A stretch of DNA of 64,000 nucleotides, from the IMG/VR virus record IMGVR_UViG_3300025141_017118, positions 38,121-102,120 of that record; one strand, 5' to 3'. How positions within the stretch are numbered: position 1 is the first letter of the stretch; every line of letters begins with the position of its first letter. The position numbers and the translations under genes are program-made. Source of the DNA: a virus. A model generated the notes under the pieces. The model ran no database searches. It worked only from the letters and a program-made list of their open reading frames with translations, and was not told the DNA's origin. Shown here piece after piece: positions 58,538 to 64,000 of the stretch.

Positions 58538-60172
58538 TTAACCGCCCTTGTCAGAGATATATCCCACCTTGCTTAAAAATTTGGGCAATTTAGATTTCAA
58601 GGTTGAACATGCCTTATTTAAGGGTTGAACTGGACTTCCGTGGCTGTCGACGGATACACCGGCCGTAGAACAAAATTCCAGGAGCATGTCATGTAAAGCC
58701 TTACCCAACACCAATGGCTCGGTGGCCGACTTTTGTGGATCACCTAAATATATTTGGTCATCTCTACCATCACCTATTAATATTTTCTTGGCATCAATAC
58801 CCAAAGTACCATCACTTAGTAGTGTTATAACACACTGGCTATCACCTGGTGTGCCTTCTTTTACAATTCGAACGCTTCCGGACTTTCGGCCGATTATCCT
58901 AACCTCGTCCGACTTTGTAACAACAAAAGGTTTAAAGCCGGCTTCCAGGGCGCTTCCGGCCCAGTCACCTTCAGGGTATGCCAAACCAAAGCGCTGATCG
59001 CCGTCAAGTTTCATTGAAATATTAATTCTGCTCAGATCATACTCAAAATCCGGATCGCCTTCTCTAGGATTTGCTGAGATATTGCTGGGGCCGGATTGTT
59101 GAGGATTTAATGGCGCAAAATTTATAGGATTTTTCTCGGTCTCATCATATCCTCTAAAGTTTGAACTCTTTCCGGCGGAAGTGCCAACCTCCTGGCCACG
59201 TCCGGCTACAATGTCTATAGCACCGGTTGATAAGGCGTCTTCGAGTTGCCACTTAGAGGGGGGTGAAGCACCTTCATCAGTTATCGTGCTGTTTAGCTCC
59301 GTGGGGAGTTGGCCCTGTCTTAAAATTGAGCCAGGTGTACCGGGGGTAGCATTTGATAAATTTGCCACTTCAGGAATATAAAACATAGCCTTGTTGCTAG
59401 CTAGCGAATTCTCATCACTACCTGCATAGGGCACCCCTTTAAATTTATCAATTTGTGGAGCGGATGCTTCGTCGGCCGCGCTGTAACCACGGGATTGGCC
59501 CAAACAGATAAGTGTGTTATTGGAACCTTGCAAAGTGAGATCGCCCGGGCGGGGTGTGAAACGAGGGACAGACTCAAAAGTTGTTGCTCTGGATGCCAAA
59601 GAGCCGGTGAATATTTGATCATACCGTTCGACCGGGGAAACGGGCATTGAACTTTGTGTATTTCCCCCATTTGGAAATTCATGAAACTTTGGATAGGGTG
59701 GTTCCATCTTTACGTTCGATTCCATCATCTGGCGATCTAAATGAGTATAATTTATATCATCAACAAAGTTCGGGGCGTGAACCCTGCATACCCAGTACGC
59801 AATATCATTAATGTTATTGGGATCCGGATCAAATATCCACACAATTTCCCCAGCTTTGATGGGAAGCATAAGGTGGGGCGGAAACATAGGATATACACAC
59901 ATCATGTCGCTTGTTAGACGTGCGGCCGCACCCTCAGTAATCTGCACAAGCAAAGAGTTTCTCGGGGCTGCGTCAAATATTTCCTCATTTGATGTCCTGT
60001 CACGATATGATAATCGCCTTGCTGGGCTGAGTGCTGACGGATCATACATCACCTCACACACGACTGCCTTCGTAAATATTAGCGAAGGTACACCATCTGC
60101 GGGTGAGGGATTTTCCCTAAGGGCTACCTGCCCTAGAAAAGCCCCCACAGGATCTTGTGCAAAGATAGACAC
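58538..60172 (-). CDS. Putative baseplate hub/central spike protein (gp5/gpV-like)
   Basis: N-terminal YP.FP....P..GE.VW (OB-fold-like), PGDLTLQG..N..I.LG, C-terminal IYLG....EPLVLG..L...L; GTG start. Confidence 0.55.
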   Translation of the reverse strand: MSIFAQDPVGAFLGQVALRENPSPADGVPSLIFTKAVVCEVMYDPSALSPARRLSYRDRTSNEEIFDAAPRNSLLVQITEGAAARLTSDMMCVYPMFPPHLMLPIKAGEIVWIFDPDPNNINDIAYWVCRVHAPNFVDDINYTHLDRQMMESNVKMEPPYPKFHEFPNGGNTQSSMPVSPVERYDQIFTGSLASRATTFESVPRFTPRPGDLTLQGSNNTLICLGQSRGYSAADEASAPQIDKFKGVPYAGSDENSLASNKAMFYIPEVANLSNATPGTPGSILRQGQLPTELNSTITDEGASPPSKWQLEDALSTGAIDIVAGRGQEVGTSAGKSSNFRGYDETEKNPINFAPLNPQQSGPSNISANPREGDPDFEYDLSRINISMKLDGDQRFGLAYPEGDWAGSALEAGFKPFVVTKSDEVRIIGRKSGSVRIVKEGTPGDSQCVITLLSDGTLGIDAKKILIGDGRDDQIYLGDPQKSATEPLVLGKALHDMLLEFCSTAGVSVDSHGSPVQPLNKACSTLKSKLPKFLSKVGYISDKGG

Positions 60173-60174
60173 TA

Positions 60175-60552
60175 TTAGTCACCATTAATCTTTGAAAAAA
60201 TATCATCTGGATCAACTTTTGTGGCGCGCTCCTCGGATTTGTTTATGAGCTCTGCCAGCTTAAGGATCTGCTCATTGGAGCGACTCATTCTCTCCAAATA
60301 CTTTGCCAAGGTAGGTCCTAACGTTATGTGTTCAGTGGTGCCTTGTTGCATCTGTTTAAATGCGCTGGTGAATAGCATTCCGGCATTTTCCCTATCTGTA
60401 ACTGCATTATGGTAAATCTCTTTCCACAGCATCTTCTTTTTGTCTTCGCTTGACTCAATCGAATCAAGCAAATCTGCGAACCCATCAATTTTAGAATTTA
60501 TATCAGAAAACTTATCAAGCATGGACGAAATTTTTTCTATATTATCACTCAT
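60175..60552 (-). CDS. Helical protein, candidate terminase small subunit (T4 gp16-like)
   Basis: LAKYLERMSRSNEQILKLAELI resembles the T4 gp16 oligomerisation helix as I recall it (LMGQMTTTNREILKL); suitable size. Confidence 0.35.
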   Translation of the reverse strand: MSDNIEKISSMLDKFSDINSKIDGFADLLDSIESSEDKKKMLWKEIYHNAVTDRENAGMLFTSAFKQMQQGTTEHITLGPTLAKYLERMSRSNEQILKLAELINKSEERATKVDPDDIFSKINGD

Positions 60553-61274
60553 TTATCCTCTCTTAATTTTTCTTTGATTATTTCTTTATAGTGTTTTCTA
60601 ATGGACGCCATGGCGACTGACAATTGTTTTGGGCTTAGGCCCGATATGTCTCTTACATAAACAAATATTGCTCTTTTATTCAAGAAATCAAGCTCATCGA
60701 TATTCTTAAATACCGTATCTATAGCATTAATACACCTGACTTCTTTCTCGCCCCTTACACGCCCTGCAATCACCTCCAATATATTATATATCTCTTGACG
60801 AAAACCACGATTTATTAAAATTTCGTCAGGAGGTGGGGAAAAATCAAAGTTTGATAAAATTTGTAGATCAATTTTTGACATAGAATCAACATCGCTTAAG
60901 CTAGTATGGCGGTATGACGTCTTTTTTAGCTTTCTCGTATGCATAATGAGCCAGTTTTTTGCAACAACGTTGAAATAAGAAAAAGCCTTTGTACCGCGGC
61001 TTGGATCCCATTTATTGAGCGTCTCGTATAAAAAGCTAACACAATCATTTTTTAGATCCTGATAGCTTTCCATTGGGGTTATAAACCCATATACAAATAT
61101 CAAGTTCTCAGACAGTTTATCAAAGGCAGGCAAAATATGCTCAACATATAACTTCTCTTTTTCTTCTCTAGATTCACAGTTCTGATAGTTTTGAATTGAC
61201 TCTTGTGTCTGAGGGCTGAAGTATAAGTTTGACTTTCCCTTTTTTCTTTTTATTTTTTTAATCTTCTTTGTCAA
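60549..61274 (-). CDS. Phage sigma factor for late transcription (T4 gp55-like)
   Basis: DLKNDCVSFLYETLNKWDPSRGTKAFSYFNVVAKNWLI matches sigma region 2 (FDP....F.[SA]YF...A.N); N-terminal NLYF motif. Confidence 0.7.
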   Translation of the reverse strand: MTKKIKKIKRKKGKSNLYFSPQTQESIQNYQNCESREEKEKLYVEHILPAFDKLSENLIFVYGFITPMESYQDLKNDCVSFLYETLNKWDPSRGTKAFSYFNVVAKNWLIMHTRKLKKTSYRHTSLSDVDSMSKIDLQILSNFDFSPPPDEILINRGFRQEIYNILEVIAGRVRGEKEVRCINAIDTVFKNIDELDFLNKRAIFVYVRDISGLSPKQLSVAMASIRKHYKEIIKEKLREDK

Positions 61275-61276
61275 AT

Positions 61277-61579
61277 CTATTCCTCAGTTTCCTCATTTTC
61301 ATCTTCGTCTATTTTTTCTGGCTTGTTGACCAATATATTAGCAATATAGAGTACTGAGTCTTGACAGCCCTTTACATCTTTTAAAACCTGTCTTATTTCA
61401 GCACTATCATAAAATAGTGGTGTCTGTAAGATTTTAGAGATTGATGCATATCTCTCATCTAATACGTCTAAAGACTCCTCAATCGCATCTTCTACCTTTA
61501 TTATAATAAGTGCAAACTTTATTAAAAAATAAACTGTTATTGTCAGAAGAAACAATAATATAACTGTAAGTACCCACAA
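61277..61579 (-). CDS. Small protein with N-terminal transmembrane helix
   Basis: WVLTVILLFLLTITVYFLIKFALIII hydrophobic stretch followed by a helical soluble part. Confidence 0.6.
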   Translation of the reverse strand: MWVLTVILLFLLTITVYFLIKFALIIIKVEDAIEESLDVLDERYASISKILQTPLFYDSAEIRQVLKDVKGCQDSVLYIANILVNKPEKIDEDENEETEE

Positions 61580-61585
61580 AATTGC

Positions 61586-62749
61586 TTACTCCAAATAGTG
61601 CCCTATGGTCTCTTCATAGTTTGCGTTTATTGCTTCTTGCTTATACAGGGGTACAAGCTTTTCCTTAAGATCTTCAGCCCACTTGGTAGGTGCTGAATTG
61701 CCTTTATAAAACTTTCTCAATCTTTTCTTCGCGTCATCTTCGCGCGGTTCAGCCCACCTGGAACCCTTTATAAAGATAACATTGTCGATACGTGTTGGAT
61801 CAATATCAACCATATCATATTCTACCCCTATAAACTTTCCCTTTCCGAGGAAGTCTAGATGTCCAGACCACGAAGTAGCAATAACGGGTAGGCCGGAACA
61901 TGTTGCCTCAAGTAGAGGAAGACCGTAACCCTCACCCCTTGTTAGCGATACTAGCGCCTTTATCTTGGGATGCCTATACAGGCTAGCCATTTCTTCTTGT
62001 GTCATCGTACCATGTAACAGATGGAATTTGGGATATTTTCCTGGACGGACCTCTTTTAAAACAGAGCTGAATGTATTCAACGTTACTTGCTTGTCTATCT
62101 TTGTGTTACGGCCGCTATTCGTCTTAAGGACAATACCTACGTCCTTATCATCCTTAAATTCTTCGCACAACCACTTAAGAGTATAAAACAGGTTCTTTCT
62201 ATCATTTTTAGGATTATTGCCTGTTAGTTGTCCTACCACTAAAAAGTTAAAATCCGTGCTTAATTCTAAATCAAGGGATTCTAATTCACCATCAACAATC
62301 TGTTCATAAATTGCCTCCGGGACAACATCTAAAGGCTTACTGACATATCCTGTGTTCTCAAGACAGCGCTTCGCGTGGGTGGAAGGAACAATAACATGAT
62401 CCATATCATTACATGCGTGGACCCAGCTGCCATTGCACCTGTCAGTCTCCACAACCGCTGACATTCCAATATTTGTTCTGGCTAGGTTGGGATCCCATTC
62501 ATTGGGTAGTTGAAGTTGTATGGAAACATCAAACCCTCCTTCAGGAGGGGGATTTGAACGGCGCATAATTTCACCAATCAAACCATTTTCAAGATCTGGA
62601 TTAACCATCCAGCTAGTCATTCCCCATGGAACAATACCAACGTGAAGATCTATATTTTTTTTAGTTAAAAGATATTTGAAAACCTGTCGTGAGTGGGTAC
62701 CATATCCTGAATAACTTAAAAGGGGCGCTCTTAAAATAACTTTTTTCAT
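61586..62749 (-). CDS. Glycosyltransferase, GT-B fold (GT4-like)
   Basis: SGYGTHSR N-terminal loop, RKNL, GEGYGLPLLEATCSGLPVIAT.WSGH.DF (EX7E motif). Confidence 0.92.
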   Translation of the reverse strand: MKKVILRAPLLSYSGYGTHSRQVFKYLLTKKNIDLHVGIVPWGMTSWMVNPDLENGLIGEIMRRSNPPPEGGFDVSIQLQLPNEWDPNLARTNIGMSAVVETDRCNGSWVHACNDMDHVIVPSTHAKRCLENTGYVSKPLDVVPEAIYEQIVDGELESLDLELSTDFNFLVVGQLTGNNPKNDRKNLFYTLKWLCEEFKDDKDVGIVLKTNSGRNTKIDKQVTLNTFSSVLKEVRPGKYPKFHLLHGTMTQEEMASLYRHPKIKALVSLTRGEGYGLPLLEATCSGLPVIATSWSGHLDFLGKGKFIGVEYDMVDIDPTRIDNVIFIKGSRWAEPREDDAKKRLRKFYKGNSAPTKWAEDLKEKLVPLYKQEAINANYEETIGHYLE

Positions 62750-62758
62750 TACTTTTTC

Positions 62759-64000
62759 CTATAGGGTTGTGCAGTTCCATGGCTCATATCTAGATCTCCA
62801 ATTTTCATGGAGCTCAGTCAAAGTCTCATCCCATCTGGTGACGACATCATTCAGATTAAATTCAGAGTCCACATACTCTAACACTTTTTTACTTAACTTT
62901 TCTCTTTCGTCAGGAGACAATTCATATAATTTCATTATCCCCTTTGCTGTCGTCTCATTTGAACAATAATCTTCATAGATATAGGGAACCTGTTGTGAGC
63001 CAACGAGACTCTTAAGCTCTACGGGAAGTGCAACGCCATTTTCCGTACCATCGCGGTGATCAACAACCTGTCTGGTAAGACCACCGGTTTGCACGGCAAT
63101 AATTGGGTTTCCTGTCTGCATAGACTCTAGGGTTGAAAGGCCGAAGCCTTCAGCATAACTTATTTGTATACATGTATCAGTGATGTTGTGAAGGAGATTC
63201 ATGTGATCAAAGGAGACCCTCTCGGTTGAAAATACAACATTATCCTTTATTCCCAACATCTCAACAGCGCTAAGCAGATTAGGGCCCTCTTGGTCCAGTG
63301 GATCTGTATGCATTAACAATGTAGCTTTTTTGTGGCCGTGCTGTTCTTCAAGCATATCAAGAAATAATTTCCATGATTCCAAGACATCATTCGGACGTTT
63401 TCGCCTGGCATTCCTATTAACCCATAATGCAACGAAATGGTCAAGTCGCTCTTTACCCAAAAACTGTTCTCTAAATTTCATTTTTTCGTGTGCCGGTAAT
63501 GGAAAAAACGTATCTTTGGGTAATGCATGTGGAATAAAATTTGTTCGCTCTGGTACTATTTCTTTACACATTCGGTATGTCAAGTGAGAATGACAATTAA
63601 TTAAATCTGTTGACTCATAGAGAACTTTATTAAATTCTGGAACGGGATAATTATCCCAAACATGCCAGTACGCAATGGGACATACCTGGTGGATTTCATC
63701 TTCCATCTCCCACAACCAAATAAAAAAGCGTGGATCCGTAAATATTAGTATTAAATCCGGGCGTTCGGTAGCTAGTGCCAGCCTAATCGTATCCCGATCA
63801 CCGAATCCATCAATTGGTTTAATAATAAAATCATCATTGACCACAACGGTTTCGTAATTATCATGTTTAATTGCAGCGCCGAATTGTCTTACGGTCCATT
63901 TTCCTGTCTTTATAAGACCCTCTGCAAGATATCTACTCTGACAACCGACACCAGACGTACATAGCGCGTGGTCTGACAATAACAATATTTTCTTCTTCAT
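62759..64000 (-). CDS. Glycosyltransferase, GT-B fold (GT4-like)
   Basis: ILLLSDH...SGVG, NRNARRK, AEGFGLSTLESMQTGNPIIA..TGG (EX7E motif); ATG at the last base of the window. Confidence 0.92.
   Translation of the reverse strand: MKKKILLLSDHALCTSGVGCQSRYLAEGLIKTGKWTVRQFGAAIKHDNYETVVVNDDFIIKPIDGFGDRDTIRLALATERPDLILIFTDPRFFIWLWEMEDEIHQVCPIAYWHVWDNYPVPEFNKVLYESTDLINCHSHLTYRMCKEIVPERTNFIPHALPKDTFFPLPAHEKMKFREQFLGKERLDHFVALWVNRNARRKRPNDVLESWKLFLDMLEEQHGHKKATLLMHTDPLDQEGPNLLSAVEMLGIKDNVVFSTERVSFDHMNLLHNITDTCIQISYAEGFGLSTLESMQTGNPIIAVQTGGLTRQVVDHRDGTENGVALPVELKSLVGSQQVPYIYEDYCSNETTAKGIMKLYELSPDEREKLSKKVLEYVDSEFNLNDVVTRWDETLTELHENWRSRYEPWNCTTL

Noticed and set aside
69-63857. Numerous plus-strand ORFs of 60-145 aa and short alternative-frame minus-strand ORFs in the track
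   Set aside because: They lie within or largely overlap long, recognisable minus-strand genes and show no family motifs; they are antisense or shadow frames.
1-64000. Stop-codon recoding, as seen in some huge phages
   Set aside because: Genes are full length in the standard code, and TAA, TAG and TGA all terminate genes at sensible positions.
1-64000. Extracellular contractile injection system or cellular locus, suggested by two sheaths, baseplate genes, bS21 and GTs
   Set aside because: Capsid, portal, prohead protease, terminase and neck genes are all present, indicating a true tailed phage.

Overview
The window is a 64-kb piece of a large, T4-like (contractile-tailed) phage genome. All ~50 credible genes lie on the minus strand in the standard genetic code. 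In transcription order (right to left) it holds: two GT4-type glycosyltransferases; a gp55-like late sigma factor; baseplate genes (hub/spike, gp25-like, gp6/J-like wedge, DNRLRE- and LamG-domain proteins) and several very large uncharacterised virion proteins; a RuvC-like resolvase, a primase and a single-chain SbcD-SbcC (Mre11-Rad50) fusion; large terminase; a NanM-like sugar O-methyltransferase; portal, prohead protease and core/scaffold proteins; a phage-encoded ribosomal protein bS21; the major capsid protein; a stand-alone PAS protein with a membrane-anchored partner; neck/tail-completion proteins; and two tandem tail-sheath paralogs, the second cut by the window edge. I found no tRNA, rRNA, CRISPR array, intron, intein or IS element. 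The most striking unexplained signal is a short [S/T]-G-[S/T] peptide motif (broader form [S/T]-[G/A/S]-[S/T]). It is strongly enriched in the predicted surface-exposed parts of capsid, sheath and baseplate proteins and nearly absent from enzymes, portal, scaffold and some equally Ser/Gly-rich large proteins. Together with the glycosyltransferases and the sugar methyltransferase in the same late region, it suggests a sequon-directed virion glycosylation system (a hypothesis). A recurring upstream motif MTANWTAW is a candidate late promoter for the phage sigma factor. All family calls come from recognising motifs by eye, not from database searches, and motif counts are hand counts.
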